Assembly (NCBI GenBank): GCA_963817525.1
Contig: CAWFOU010000007.1
Span: forward strand, 544,001 to 608,000
Direction of reading: 5' to 3'
Source of the DNA: an uncultured archaeon
GTDB taxonomy: Archaea; Thermoproteota; Nitrososphaeria; Nitrososphaerales; Gagatemarchaeaceae
Length of the DNA: 64,000 nt
Numbering within the stretch: position 1 is the stretch's first letter; every line of letters begins with the position of its first letter. Made by a program: the position numbers and the translations under genes. Positions 10,691-20,995 of this stretch are shown here, in pieces. A model generated the notes under the pieces. The model was given only the letters and a program-made list of their open reading frames with translations, was not told the DNA's origin and did no database searches.

Positions 10691-10915
10691 CTAGGGCTCG
10701 TTCGCGAGGATGTCCTCCCACGTCCTGTTGCCCTCTACCCAGTTGTGGTTGGCCTCGTCGATCATCGAGCGGAACACGGCGATGAGCTCTAGTACCGAGA
10801 CCGTGCGCTTCCCAAACTCCCTCGCGTTCAGCTCCTTCGCGTACTTGTAGGCCTCCCTCCACATCCTCGTCTTGAGCTCGTAAACTATCTTGCTGTCGTA
10901 GTCAGATTTGTGCAA
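10691..10915 (-). CDS. Hypothetical protein
   Basis: Short ORF with protein-like composition. Confidence 0.45.
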   Translation of the reverse strand: MHKSDYDSKIVYELKTRMWREAYKYAKELNAREFGKRTVSVLELIAVFRSMIDEANHNWVEGNRTWEDILANEP

Positions 10916-11129
10916 GGGTCTCGTGAACTACTGAAAAGTGAAGGGAGCCCCTTGGTTATTTGGAGTGTGAATTTCTGCTATATATTAGCCAGCCCCTTCC
11001 GGTAGAGGGGGAGAGCCTGCTCGCGTGTTGGGCTACAATCAGCCGGGGGCCACCAAAACATGGGGACACAGACCCGACTTTAGCTTGGGGAGAATCCTTA
11101 AGTAAACCACTTGGTTAACTATTGCCGAG

Positions 11130-11564
11130 ATGTCTAACCTGCAAACCGAGAAAGCGATGAAGAAGGGGGAGCCGATGGCTGTAGTCCAGGAAAAGGTGCT
11201 GTCGAGGACGATCAAGGAGATAACGCCGTTCGGCGTGAAGCTCGAGCTCAACACGGAGGGTGTTGTCACCGGGGAGCTTTACACGGCCCAGCACATGGAG
11301 ACGGTCAACCTCTTCCAGAAGACCGACGGCACCTTCGAGAGCGAGGCCAGAGCCATAGAGACGACGAAGGAGGGCGACGTCCTGGTGATATCGTACAAGG
11401 GGACTGGAAGGCAGACCGGGCTGACCACGCTGTGGGGGGAGAGCGAGGGGATCATAATGACCCAGTCCAAGAGGCTCGCGCAGCTGAACAACTCGCGGCT
11501 AAGAGCCGAAGTGAACGCTGACTATGCGACCGGGGTCGTCCAGGTAAAGTACTACGAGCCGTAG
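11130..11564 (+). CDS. Hypothetical protein
   Basis: Beta-rich ORF, host-like codon bias. Confidence 0.7.
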   Translation: MSNLQTEKAMKKGEPMAVVQEKVLSRTIKEITPFGVKLELNTEGVVTGELYTAQHMETVNLFQKTDGTFESEARAIETTKEGDVLVISYKGTGRQTGLTTLWGESEGIIMTQSKRLAQLNNSRLRAEVNADYATGVVQVKYYEP

Positions 11565-11666
11565 TTGACCGGGCGACTCGAACCAGGGAGACAGCGTCCC
11601 CGGCTCTGGGAGACCGGGACGCTCGACCCAATGATTAAATGTGAAGGGGCGGAGTGAGCAGGCGGA

Positions 11667-12098
11667 TTGCCAAGGAAGGCTTCGGGATTCGAGGAAAGGC
11701 GCTCCCTCTCTCCCGGCCGCCCCGGAAGGTCAATCTCAAGAGGGTCCTCGGAAAAATCTTTGAGGGGTAGGAGACGGAGTTCCTCTGCCAGTCTCGACCT
11801 CGTGTTCTCGGCGCTGTCGAGCCCGACCCGACGAGAAATCCTCGACATGCTTTCGCGGGGGGAGTCCTCGGTGTCCAAGCTCGCGGCGCCGTTCCAGATG
11901 TCCCTCCCCGCGATATCGAAACACCTACGAGTGCTCGAAAAGGCCCAGGTGATAACCAAGGTGAAGGACGGGCGGGTCTACCTCTGCAGGCTGGAGCCGG
12001 AGACGCTCCAAAGGGCCGCAAGCTGGATCAACTCCTATGGCGCGCTGTGGGAGAGGCAGCTCGACTCGCTCAGCGACTATCTCGAGAAAGGGGAGTGA
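11667..12098 (+). CDS. ArsR/SmtB regulator (true start probably downstream)
   Basis: FSALSSPTRREIL and SLPAISKHLRVLE. Confidence 0.85.
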   Translation: MPRKASGFEERRSLSPGRPGRSISRGSSEKSLRGRRRSSSASLDLVFSALSSPTRREILDMLSRGESSVSKLAAPFQMSLPAISKHLRVLEKAQVITKVKDGRVYLCRLEPETLQRAASWINSYGALWERQLDSLSDYLEKGE

Positions 12099-12104
12099 AA
12101 GGCG

Positions 12105-12539
12105 TTGGAGAGCGGTCATACGGAGACGATCCGAGTTCGCAAGGTCGTCCCTGCGCCAAAGGAGCGGGTATTCAGGGCGTGGACCGAGCCCTCTCAGGTG
12201 AAGCGCTGGTGGACGATAGGCGACGGGTGGAAGACCTCGTCCGTCGATGTCGACCTGAGGGTGGGAGGGCGGTTCACCGTCCGCAACGAGCAGGCCGGCG
12301 GGGACCCCCTGCTCATAACGGGAGAGTTCGTCGTGGTGCAACCTCCCGACAAGCTTGTCTACACGTGGCGTTTCCAGTTGCCAAAGCCCGAGGACACGCT
12401 GGTAACGGTCGAGTTCCGTGGCCTGGGCGACGCTACCGAGGTGTTCGTGACCCACGAGTACTCCTCGAAAGATATGGGACCCAGCGCGGTGGCGGGATGG
12501 AATGCGGCCCTTGAGGGGCTTGCCTCTCTGCTCAGATGA
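12105..12539 (+). CDS. SRPBCC/AHSA1-domain protein
   Basis: ERVFRAWTEP, DLRVGG, LVYTW; paired with ArsR gene. Confidence 0.85.
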   Translation: MESGHTETIRVRKVVPAPKERVFRAWTEPSQVKRWWTIGDGWKTSSVDVDLRVGGRFTVRNEQAGGDPLLITGEFVVVQPPDKLVYTWRFQLPKPEDTLVTVEFRGLGDATEVFVTHEYSSKDMGPSAVAGWNAALEGLASLLR

Positions 12540-12577
12540 TTTGGTTTAGGGGAAGTATCCGCCACAGAGCATTCCAT

Positions 12578-13048
12578 TCACGCGTTGGGCTTCGCTCGCC
12601 TCGGCCTTTTCGTCCGGTCTGACCCGTCGTCCCGAGGGGCCTCCCGGGGCCTCGTGGCCTGGTATCTGTCGATGATCCGTCGCGCAGAGAATGCTAGCGT
12701 CGGCTGGGACCCGGTGTAGTAGGCGACCTTCTTGATCTCCCTGCTCGGCTTGGGCACGCCCTTCGCCTTCGCGAGGAACACCTTGTGGGCGTTCCGGAAT
12801 ATGCCCCCTCGGGGGCCCGCGTTGGTCTGCCCGAGGAACTCGAAGAGGTACACCGCGTCGGTCGCGTCCAGGCCTGTCTCCTCCTTGAGCTCTCTTATCG
12901 CCGCGTCCCCGTCGGACTCGTCGGGGCGGGCGCCCCCTCCCGGTAGGGTGAAGAGGTGGCCGTCCTTGCTGACGACAAGGATCCCGCTGGCACTCTCAAC
13001 GATGGCGGTGCCCCTCCTCCTCACGTAGACCATCGCGGGTGCCCGCAA
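12578..13048 (-). CDS. Nudix hydrolase
   Basis: Nudix box PGGG...AAIRELKEETGL. Confidence 0.85.
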   Translation of the reverse strand: MRAPAMVYVRRRGTAIVESASGILVVSKDGHLFTLPGGGARPDESDGDAAIRELKEETGLDATDAVYLFEFLGQTNAGPRGGIFRNAHKVFLAKAKGVPKPSREIKKVAYYTGSQPTLAFSARRIIDRYQATRPREAPRDDGSDRTKRPRRAKPNA

Positions 13049-13071
13049 GGCATCCCGATATAATCGTCAAG

Positions 13072-13112
13072 GCCTGCATGGCAGTTTCCTTGCGCCCCGC
13101 CGGGGCGTTTCA
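13072..13112 (-). repeat. Degenerate copy of the 23S processing-stem 3' arm
   Basis: gcctgcatggcagtttccttgcgccccgccggggcgtttca. Confidence 0.65.
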
Positions 13113-13730
13113 CCGATTCCTAGCCCTGAGCTGGTTCAGCGCGCCTCCGAGAGTCCTGGCTCCCGTCTGCCTCAGTATCTCCCACTCATAGTCTCTCATC
13201 AGCGGGGTCTCAATCCCTCTTTTCTTTGCGTCCATCAGGTACGTGATCCCGTCGTTCCCGCGCGACGCCGTGGGCACGCTGTGGATGGCCAATTCAGCCA
13301 GCGTCTTCGCCGAGAGGGGGTCTATGTTTTGCCCGATCTTGGTGTACAACATGGTTCGAACTCCCGAGAGGTCATGGATCGTCTCCACGATGACGTCGTT
13401 GAGGCCGATGACGCCCGGGCGGCGATATCTCTGTCGACCGGTCTGGTGGGTCTCTCTTCGCCAGAGCATGTCTGCCACCGAGTCTGGAGCGATGTCGTCC
13501 CTGATGACCAGGATCTCTGCATTGACTCGGGACCCTCCGCTGACGACCGGGACCAGGGTCGGGGCGTATCCTCTGGTCTTGCTTTTCCGCGCAAATTCCA
13601 CGTTGAACGGGGTCTCCACGTTCTTGATGCGCCTGACGGTGACCGACGCGATCTCAGGTCCGGGAGAAACAATCAACGAGCCAAAGGCAAGGATCCCGGT
13701 GTTGGCCGGACCCTGGTCTGTCGGCGTCAT
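13110..13730 (-). CDS. Gamma-glutamylcyclotransferase/ChaC-like protein
   Basis: ILAFGSLI and LWRRE motifs; ATGA overlap with upstream ORF. Confidence 0.55.
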   Translation of the reverse strand: MTPTDQGPANTGILAFGSLIVSPGPEIASVTVRRIKNVETPFNVEFARKSKTRGYAPTLVPVVSGGSRVNAEILVIRDDIAPDSVADMLWRRETHQTGRQRYRRPGVIGLNDVIVETIHDLSGVRTMLYTKIGQNIDPLSAKTLAELAIHSVPTASRGNDGITYLMDAKKRGIETPLMRDYEWEILRQTGARTLGGALNQLRARNR

Positions 13731-14029
13731 GGGTCGGTGTACCAGCCGTCCGGGGAGCCCGCAAAGTTCTCCGGGCACGTGGTCACGCGGCCGAGCCTGA
13801 ACTGGAGCCAGACCTTGTCCGCCCTCCTCGTTATCTTGACCACCTCGCCTTCCCACGCTTTCTGGGGGGTCCTCATCTCCTTGTCCACCTTGACGAAGAC
13901 CGCCGGAGTGTTGTCCGCCAGCCTCTCGGGGTTCATCACGCCGCCGCGAAGCATCTCGTAGGGATACGAGGAGACGTTGCCGACCCCGTCCCAGTGGTTC
14001 GACCGGCTGGTGATCAGGACGTATCTCAA
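13727..14029 (-). CDS. Hypothetical protein
   Basis: 100-aa ORF coupled to downstream gene. Confidence 0.6.
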   Translation of the reverse strand: MRYVLITSRSNHWDGVGNVSSYPYEMLRGGVMNPERLADNTPAVFVKVDKEMRTPQKAWEGEVVKITRRADKVWLQFRLGRVTTCPENFAGSPDGWYTDP

Positions 14030-14391
14030 GGTGGGAGTGCCGTCGCGGCCGGCCGGGTAGATAACGCTTCGAGCCGCGCGAGCTAGCTCTTCGACCTGTT
14101 GCTTTCTCGCTGAGCCGACTTCTTGAGTCGGTTAAGTTCGGCGAGTTTTTCCTTGTACTCCTTCTTCTTCTTCTTGTTTCCTTGCACGCGCGCCTGGTCG
14201 TATAGCTTCCTCAGGTTCTCCTCCTCTGACGCGCTGTCGGACAACTTTGGAATTAGGGCGGCGAAGCCGTAGTTATGTCTTTCAGGTTCGGTCTGTTCCC
14301 TGTTCTTGCCGCCTCGGCCGACATGAACCCGACTGAGCGGTGAGACGGAGGGTCATACGTTATAAGCCAGCATCCCCTCGAAACACCAAGA

Positions 14392-14643
14392 ATGTCGTGG
14401 CTGAGAGACAAGAAGCTTGTGCTAGCCAAGAAGGCTAGAAAGGGAGACACCAACTACCTCCACGCCCAACTTCTCCTGGCCGGGGGGAAGGTGGTCAGCG
14501 ACGAGATAGTGGGCAGGTCTCATTCATACTATTTCGACTGCGGCTGCGTCAGGTCTTATTCGGTCAGCGTCGAGTCCGTTGCATCTGAGAGCGTCTCAGC
14601 TTGTAAGGTGCACAAAGACCTTCTGAGCCGCCACAACAGATGA
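14392..14643 (+). CDS. Hypothetical Cys/His-containing protein
   Basis: DCGC and CKVH motifs; TATA-like element upstream. Confidence 0.55.
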   Translation: MSWLRDKKLVLAKKARKGDTNYLHAQLLLAGGKVVSDEIVGRSHSYYFDCGCVRSYSVSVESVASESVSACKVHKDLLSRHNR

Positions 14644-14717
14644 AGCCTTGGTCACCTGGACCGTCAAGCCCGAAATATATATACTATATATAGGGTCGAG
14701 TTCTGCGCGTCTCCGTT

Positions 14718-15275
14718 ATGCCCCAAACGAAGGCGATAGTGAGCATCGAGAACGTCGTAGCTTCTGCCTCGATAAACCAGAGGGTCGACCTGAACGAGAT
14801 AACAAAGAAATTTGTTGACGTGGAGTACCACCCCGACCAGTTCCCCGGGCTGGTCTTCAGACTGAAGAGCCCGAAGACGGCCACCCTGATCTTCAGCTCC
14901 GGGAAGATGGTGTGCACGGGCGCGAAGTCTGAGAAGCAGTCGAGAGAGGCTGTGAACGAGGTCGTCAGGAGGCTGAAGAAGGGCGGAATCTCCATCAAGA
15001 ACGAGGCGGAGATAACGATACAGAACATGGTGGCTTCGGCGAACCTCGGTGGGAAGGTCCACCTGGAGGAGGCGGCCAGGACGCTGCCAAAGTCGATGTA
15101 CGAGCCCGAGCAGTTCCCTGGCCTGATACACAGGATGGCCGACCCCAAGACCGTGATACTCCTCTTCGCCTCTGGGAAGCTGGTCTGCACCGGAGCCAAG
15201 AAGGAGGCCGACGTCTACAGGTCCGTGAACAACCTACACGTGATGCTCGAAGAAAAGAACCTAATGGTCTACTGA
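14718..15275 (+). CDS. tbp: TATA-box binding protein
   Basis: Two TBP repeats (NVVAS/NMVAS, FPGL, SGK.VCTGAK). Confidence 0.97.
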   Translation: MPQTKAIVSIENVVASASINQRVDLNEITKKFVDVEYHPDQFPGLVFRLKSPKTATLIFSSGKMVCTGAKSEKQSREAVNEVVRRLKKGGISIKNEAEITIQNMVASANLGGKVHLEEAARTLPKSMYEPEQFPGLIHRMADPKTVILLFASGKLVCTGAKKEADVYRSVNNLHVMLEEKNLMVY

Positions 15276-15317
15276 CCGCTTCGCGAGCCGGTGACGTTCA
15301 CTTGGTTTCGGACAGCG

Positions 15318-15692
15318 TTAAAGCCCCTGCAGCAGGATTTCTTTCGCTTCGTTGATGTCCTTCATCTTTTCTGCCGACCCCCCGGGTCTGTCCGGGTGCC
15401 ACACCATGGCCATCTTCTTGTACGCCTCCTTGATCTCGTCCTCGGTCGCGCCGGCCCTGACGCCCAAGACCTGGGCGGCCCTCGGGATCTCTTTGACGGC
15501 GCCTAGGTCAAACGGATTGCGACGGTCGTCGTCCTGTCCCGGCCTTCGACGATTATTGTAGGGGTCTCTTTCACGCTGCCTTCTGACCCGCTCCTCGTCG
15601 GCGCGCCATAGTTGCTCGTAGATCATTCTGCGTCGTTCCTCCGTGCGCGCCCAATCCTCTGCTTCCGTCTCCTCCTGTGCTTGCGTCCGCAT
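15318..15692 (-). CDS. J-domain protein
   Basis: [15 protein letters not shown]. Confidence 0.8.
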   Translation of the reverse strand: MRTQAQEETEAEDWARTEERRRMIYEQLWRADEERVRRQRERDPYNNRRRPGQDDDRRNPFDLGAVKEIPRAAQVLGVRAGATEDEIKEAYKKMAMVWHPDRPGGSAEKMKDINEAKEILLQGL

Positions 15693-15836
15693 CCCCCAGG
15701 TTCGGCCTTGTGTGGGTATTTAAACCGCAGATTCGCTATGTTTAGAGTCGCCGAAGGGGCTGCCTGCGATGGATAGATTGGGGCCGGGGGATTACCAGAG
15801 CAACCCCCTGTCGGAGGCCGTTCACCCCTTGGACCT

Positions 15837-16676
15837 TCAGGACTCGGACTGAACGCCCGAAGCCGGTTGAGCGACCTCGAAGGTCAGGCGGAGACTCTTG
15901 TGTGGCTCGTCGTAGGCGGAGTCTGTGAGGCGCACCACACTTCCGAAAACGGACTCGATGATCCCGGCCGTGGCACCGTTCAGAAAGTTGCTTCGCGGCA
16001 GCCCGCTCACGACCGCGTTCGGGGGCTCACCTATCTTGACCATGACTGCCCCCTCCTTCTCCAGCCTCGGGGCGTCGAACTCGAAGATCCCCCAGCCGGT
16101 GGTCCTCAGCCAGGACACCACGAGCGCAAGGAACTCTTCCGGTGCCGATCCTGGGAGCACCTCGCGGAGCTGGCGGAGGCTCTCAATAGTGTACTGCCTC
16201 CCCACCTCGAACATCAACGAGGCCCCCGCCGAGCCGAACGTCTCCAGCAGCCTCCTCTCGACGCCGAGGAGCGGCTCCAGGCTCATTATCAGGCCCCTGA
16301 CCTTCTCGGTGATCATCACGGGGAAGAGGAACTGGTCCACCGCGACCCCCGTCATGCTCACCGCCTCAACTCGCCTGACGAACTCGAGCCGCTTGAGGTC
16401 TTTGATGACGTGCTCCAGCGTGGACCGCGTCCGGGTGAAGTTCGCGAACGTGGTCCAGACGAACGCGCCCGGGGAGACGTTGTAGTATCCTCCGGACGGG
16501 GCGAGGTTCACGCCGTTGAGCGCCAGAACGTTGGCGAGCTTCGCAAGGGCGCCGACCTCGTCCTCGCCAGCGACGAGCAGCTCGTGCCACCTGTCGTCCC
16601 CCGATTTGGGGCCCTGAGGGCTGATTCCGACCACGCGCGGGTAGAGCTGGCTCAACCTGGCGGACCGGCTTCGCAC
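15837..16676 (-). CDS. ACT plus V4R-like sensory protein
   Basis: ACT-like DEVGALAKLANVLA; V4R-like GWG and FLNG..AG. Confidence 0.65.
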   Translation of the reverse strand: MRSRSARLSQLYPRVVGISPQGPKSGDDRWHELLVAGEDEVGALAKLANVLALNGVNLAPSGGYYNVSPGAFVWTTFANFTRTRSTLEHVIKDLKRLEFVRRVEAVSMTGVAVDQFLFPVMITEKVRGLIMSLEPLLGVERRLLETFGSAGASLMFEVGRQYTIESLRQLREVLPGSAPEEFLALVVSWLRTTGWGIFEFDAPRLEKEGAVMVKIGEPPNAVVSGLPRSNFLNGATAGIIESVFGSVVRLTDSAYDEPHKSLRLTFEVAQPASGVQSES

Positions 16677-16701
16677 GCGCTAGAATACCCTACGTATACA
16701 A

Positions 16702-17340
16702 GTGGTGTCACTCGTCCCACAAACGAATATATGGGGCGAGGTTCCGTTCGGGGGCATTGCCAAGAGCGTGACCCGGACGCTGCGCCTCGAGGAGGACCTC
16801 GACAGGGCGATTGTGAAGAGGGCCTCGAGCGATCGGGTCTCCGTGAACTTCCTTGTGAGCACGAGCCTGAGGAAGCTTGTGGATTGGGACATCCCGGTCG
16901 TGGAGTTCGGGATGGTGGTCGTGCCGGACCTCCTCCTCGCAAAGTTCTCCAGCGACAAGGACGAGGCGACGTTCGAGAGGTTCGGCAGGGAGCTGACGAG
17001 GGAGTTCACTGACCCGATGGTCACCTATGCGATTGGCGAGTTCACTGTGGCTTCGTGCGTCGAGTTCTTCAGAAGGGTCGCGCTCTATAGCGGGAGGTTC
17101 AAGTTCGACTTCGTGGAGGGCCGCGACAGCCGGAGCTACGTCATGATCATAAAACACGACCGCGGCCGCGCCTGGTCGAGGTACTACCTCGGTGTGCTGG
17201 ACGAGGTCTTCAACGTCCTTCTCGGCCAGGAGGCGAAGATCGCTTACACAGACTCGCTGTGCATCTGCCAGCTCAAGGTGCCGCAGCCAGAGAACCTGGT
17301 CGCTGGACGGGTGGCGCCATCACGATCTTCTGTGACCTGA
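16702..17340 (+). CDS. Ribbon-helix-helix N-terminal regulator-like protein
   Basis: TRTLRLEEDLD...SVNFLV. Confidence 0.6.
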   Translation: MVSLVPQTNIWGEVPFGGIAKSVTRTLRLEEDLDRAIVKRASSDRVSVNFLVSTSLRKLVDWDIPVVEFGMVVVPDLLLAKFSSDKDEATFERFGRELTREFTDPMVTYAIGEFTVASCVEFFRRVALYSGRFKFDFVEGRDSRSYVMIIKHDRGRAWSRYYLGVLDEVFNVLLGQEAKIAYTDSLCICQLKVPQPENLVAGRVAPSRSSVT

Positions 17341-17836
17341 ACATCATGCTCTGGTGGACGTCGAAGAGGGCTGCGATTTGCGAAGGGTCGAGGGACCAGA
17401 AGCCCTCGGCTCTGTGGCAGCATAGGACGTTGCCGGTCTTGGAGAGGTCTTCGGACATCCCCTCGAGGGACATCTTTACGTCGAACCTGTCGTAGATAAG
17501 GTGGGCGAAGTCCCCCATCAGCACGGTGTGCGGACCTCCAACCTCGCCCAGGAACTCGGCCCTGAATGACGCCAGCACGCGTTCCTTGCTGTAGTCAGGT
17601 CTGCAGAACCCCCGCACATTCACGATCCTCGGACGCATGCCCCCGCGCCAAGCGCGTCCTCGGGTTTGGCTCGCGAAGTGGGAGGCGTCCGCGGCCGGAT
17701 GGGCGCTCAGAACCTTCAGGCGGTCGCATCTGACGTCGTTCTCCTCCAGGCAGGAGTCAATCTTCTTGTTCCGGTCCCGCATGTCCGTGTAGATGATTCC
17801 AACGTGCAAGAACCCGTCCCCGGCCCCTGCCCTCAT
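17273..17836 (-). CDS. Hypothetical protein, possibly MEDS-like
   Basis: HVGIIYTD...VLCCH; adjacent to regulator genes. Confidence 0.4.
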   Translation of the reverse strand: MRAGAGDGFLHVGIIYTDMRDRNKKIDSCLEENDVRCDRLKVLSAHPAADASHFASQTRGRAWRGGMRPRIVNVRGFCRPDYSKERVLASFRAEFLGEVGGPHTVLMGDFAHLIYDRFDVKMSLEGMSEDLSKTGNVLCCHRAEGFWSLDPSQIAALFDVHQSMMFRSQKIVMAPPVQRPGSLAAAP

Positions 17837-17887
17837 GTCTGAGAGGAGTTTCCTAGTTCATATTGAATGTTGCGAGTCCCGCGCAAG

Positions 17888-17914
17888 AGGGTTAGTTGAG
17901 CCTCCGCCGGGTCA
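17888..17914 (-). repeat. Copy of the 23S processing-stem 3' arm
   Basis: agggttagttgagcctccgccggg. Confidence 0.7.
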
Positions 17915-17954
17915 CCTGAAGGTGTGAACCTGGAACAACTTAGCGCAAGAAGCG

Positions 17955-18218
17955 CTATCGAGAAGAGACTTTGCTTTCGACCTGGCTGAGCCTTGCCTTG
18001 ATCTCCGCGATTTCCCGCACTTCGGGGAATCGCTTCTCCAAAGAACTGATCCTCTCATCGACGCGTCTTATCTCGGACTGGACGCCATCGAAACGCGCAT
18101 CCAGCACCTTCTCAAGATGCCCGACCTCATCGCTTACGATGCCGCGGACTTTGGATTCGAGGGTCGGGATGAGCAGCCTCTCCACCCAGCCGGGAATCTT
18201 CTCGGCCGCTTTTGACAC
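17955..18218 (-). CDS. Small coiled-coil hypothetical protein
   Basis: Heptad pattern; lies between two repeats. Confidence 0.65.
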   Translation of the reverse strand: MSKAAEKIPGWVERLLIPTLESKVRGIVSDEVGHLEKVLDARFDGVQSEIRRVDERISSLEKRFPEVREIAEIKARLSQVESKVSSR

Positions 18219-18253
18219 GGGCGTTTGATGTTGGCCTCTTATTTAAGAGCAAA

Positions 18254-18291
18254 TGCGCCGCCGTCGGGCATCTCACTCGCAGGTTGGGGCT
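18254..18291 (-). repeat. Degenerate copy of the 23S 3' end and arm
   Basis: tgcgccgccgtcgggcatctcactcgcaggttgggg vs native tgcgcctccgccggggcatttcattcacacgttgag. Confidence 0.55.
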
Positions 18292-18292
18292 G

Positions 18293-18601
18293 TCAGAGTT
18301 CTAAGCTGATCCGGGCGAGGTAGGCGTAATGCTCCTTCGTCTCGGGGGCGTGCGGTAGCTCATCGAGTCTGCGACCCGCTGGTTGGGGCGTCTCCAGCCC
18401 GTCAGATTTGAGATGCGCTTGGAACTCCGGGTCGGTCAGTTCAAAGACTTGAACGACCTCGTCTTTCCTCGCGTCGACTATCTCGACGCCGGAGATCGGG
18501 TGGAAGCCCCTCGCCTCGAGCGGCTGCATCCTGTCCCACATCTCCTTCACCGCGCCCTGGATCGTCTCCCCCCTCCCGTCGATCTTGATTGTCTCTGGCA
18601 T
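18293..18601 (-). CDS. Hypothetical protein
   Basis: Likely start at MPETIKID. Confidence 0.55.
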   Translation of the reverse strand: MPETIKIDGRGETIQGAVKEMWDRMQPLEARGFHPISGVEIVDARKDEVVQVFELTDPEFQAHLKSDGLETPQPAGRRLDELPHAPETKEHYAYLARISLEL

Positions 18602-18663
18602 CGTGCCTGGAAGGGGTCGACCTCGGCCGCTACTTACCCCTGAGATGTGGCGGGTGCGTTGGC

Positions 18664-19773
18664 TTAGGGAAAGTAGACCGCTGTCAACGAGATCGTCGTG
18701 TTCGTGCTTGGCACGATCACTGTCTCGAGCCATGTCGACCCATCGTTTTGCCAATGGCCAAAGGTCTCCGACCCATAGGAGGCCGCTGATATTTGGTAGA
18801 ACTGGTCGTTGTTCACCGTGAATGAGCACGGTGAGTAGCAGCTTTGGAGCGGGACGGAGTAGTATTGCCAGAGAGTGACGTAGTAGCCGGTTATCGCGCT
18901 TCCATAAGAGTTGATGGTCGAGATGTCGATCGTCGATGTCCCGCTGCCGCCCGCGCCCCCAACCGAAAAATCCTTGACGATCTCGGTGGCATATGTGACG
19001 GACTGGAAGCTAGCTCCCCAGTCAATGTAGAACGTCGCTTCGAAGGTGCCTCTTGCCACCACCTGGTACTCCGTGCCCCAAGGGCAATATGGATAGAGAA
19101 TGCTCGACGGGGACCTTGGAGTCACGGTCCCGCCCTGGATGATGAGGTTGGTCGAGCATCCAACGTTTGCGCTGGGCGGGTTGACTGTCATTGCCACTAT
19201 CGGAAGGGGAGCCGAGCACGCGGTACTTGTTGATGTGCTATTCACTACTGTGGTCGTCCCAGATGCGGTCGCTGTTACGGTGTTCGTTACTATCGTGCTG
19301 GAAGCCATGCTCGTAGTCACCGTGGTGAGGCAGGAGATTGGCGCGAGTTGGATGACACCGGGAATCGTGTACCAGATGTCTGACTGACCCTGATTGGCCA
19401 GGGTGACATCGAATTTTAGGTCATCACCAAGGGAGGCGTTCTCCACACTTATCGAAAGCACTCTCAACTGGTTGGGACTCAGCGCGGCAGCTGAAGACGT
19501 GTTCGAGGGAGTCCCCACGACACCGGAGGTGGTCGTCATGTTGGTGCTTATGCTCGAAGTGCTCACGGTGGTCGTGTTAGTGGCGATGCTCGGATTGCTG
19601 ATGGTGCTCGGGATTGCGCTGGTGGCGCTTGCAGTCCCGCTTGCTCCCGGCGTTCGGGTGGCCGTCAGATATGAAGCGGCGACTCCTCCCAGGAGAACGA
19701 TTGCAATGATGATGATCGCTGCTGCAACTCGCCCGATGCCCTGCCGCCCTTGGCCGATCATCTGACTGTCCAT
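18664..19773 (-). CDS. S/T-rich secreted or surface protein
   Basis: N-terminal TM, S/T linkers, beta-rich domains. Confidence 0.75.
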   Translation of the reverse strand: MDSQMIGQGRQGIGRVAAAIIIIAIVLLGGVAASYLTATRTPGASGTASATSAIPSTISNPSIATNTTTVSTSSISTNMTTTSGVVGTPSNTSSAAALSPNQLRVLSISVENASLGDDLKFDVTLANQGQSDIWYTIPGVIQLAPISCLTTVTTSMASSTIVTNTVTATASGTTTVVNSTSTSTACSAPLPIVAMTVNPPSANVGCSTNLIIQGGTVTPRSPSSILYPYCPWGTEYQVVARGTFEATFYIDWGASFQSVTYATEIVKDFSVGGAGGSGTSTIDISTINSYGSAITGYYVTLWQYYSVPLQSCYSPCSFTVNNDQFYQISAASYGSETFGHWQNDGSTWLETVIVPSTNTTISLTAVYFP

Positions 19774-19860
19774 CGTGAAGTGACGGGACCAGCTAATACA
19801 CCTTCCGCGTCTATGATCCTTGCTCGAAGAGCTCCGCCAAGTTGCTAGAATGAAGGGATT

Positions 19861-19896
19861 GCCGTACGTAAGGGTTCGTTGCGCCTCGGCCGGGAC
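19861..19896 (-). repeat. Copy of the 23S processing-stem 3' arm
   Basis: gccgtacgtaagggttcgttgcgcctcggccggg. Confidence 0.8.
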
Positions 19897-19920
19897 AGTA
19901 ACCTGTTTGCGTCTTGGGCG

Positions 19921-20331
19921 CTATTTCATGCCCTTGATGGTGGCTACGTCCTCGTCGAACGACCGCTCAAGCATCTGCTTGACCGCCTTCATTGTGCTTT
20001 CGTCGCTTGCTCCGGCCATCTTGTACTCGCCCACCACGGTTATGGCGGTCTTGTTGCCCTTCCGGGTGTAGTAACTGAAGACCTTGGAACCGGCCGTTGG
20101 GCCTTCGAGGTGCTCCTGAACGATCCCCAGGGGAGGGTACATGGTTATCCTTAGCTTCGACCTCACCGCCTTTCCGTCGACTTCCCTCTCGCTCGTAAGC
20201 GTGAGGACGTTTCCCTGCAGCTCCCTGCTTATGACCTTCGCGGAGTGCTTGTGCGTCTCGCTCGGCAGGTATTCCCACAGCCTTTCAAGAGGCATGTTGA
20301 ACTCGCTCCCCTCGTCCATTATGTAGACCAT
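19921..20331 (-). CDS. SRPBCC-like hypothetical protein
   Basis: MPLERLWEYL start; fills the space between two repeats. Confidence 0.65.
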   Translation of the reverse strand: MVYIMDEGSEFNMPLERLWEYLPSETHKHSAKVISRELQGNVLTLTSEREVDGKAVRSKLRITMYPPLGIVQEHLEGPTAGSKVFSYYTRKGNKTAITVVGEYKMAGASDESTMKAVKQMLERSFDEDVATIKGMK

Positions 20332-20371
20332 TGTCGTTCAACACCACTTGTTGTTGGGTTGCTTAAAGGCG

Positions 20372-20409
20372 TTCGCCATGCATAAAGGTTCATCGCGCCT
20401 CCGCCGGGG
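20372..20409 (-). repeat. Copy of the 23S processing-stem 3' arm
   Basis: ttcgccatgcataaaggttcatcgcgcctccgccgggg. Confidence 0.8.
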
Positions 20410-20470
20410 AGTTTGGATCCCCTACTTCAGTTCCGGCAGGCGAATTCCTGGCGACCTGATCCGCTCCCCG

Positions 20471-20995
20471 TCAAGGGATAACCGCGTATTCGCTCTTGAC
20501 CAGTCCACTTGGATAGGCATGGGTGGCAATATGCTGAATGTGGATTTCTCGCGGCAGTTTTCCGAACAGCGGAATTCCGTTTCCCAAGAGGATCGGCACT
20601 CGGGTGATGGTTAGGTCTTGGATCAGGCCTTCTTCCATGAATGCCCTTATCGTCGCTCCTCCGTCAACGTAGATGTGTTTGACACCACGTTCGGCGAGTC
20701 GAGCCACGACTTGCGAAGGCGGACCGGTCATGACCTCGCATATGGCCCCTGCAGGGACTTGTACTTCCCTCATTTTTGTGCTCAGAACGATGACACGTCT
20801 ATTTCCATATGGCCAAGCATCGAAGGTCATTACTGTCTCGAACGTCTTACGCCCAATGACGACGGCGTCTACAGTGGCCATGAACTCAAGATATCCGTGA
20901 GGCTCGCCTCCATCGGCCGGCAACCAGTCAAGCCCCCCATCTTCCCGCGCGATGAAGCCGTCGACGCTTGTAGCGATGAAGACCGATGCTTTCAT
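20471..20995 (-). CDS. Dihydrofolate reductase / RibD C-terminal family
   Basis: IATSVDGFIA, GRKTFE, YVDGG and PILLG.GIPLF. Confidence 0.9.
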   Translation of the reverse strand: MKASVFIATSVDGFIAREDGGLDWLPADGGEPHGYLEFMATVDAVVIGRKTFETVMTFDAWPYGNRRVIVLSTKMREVQVPAGAICEVMTGPPSQVVARLAERGVKHIYVDGGATIRAFMEEGLIQDLTITRVPILLGNGIPLFGKLPREIHIQHIATHAYPSGLVKSEYAVIP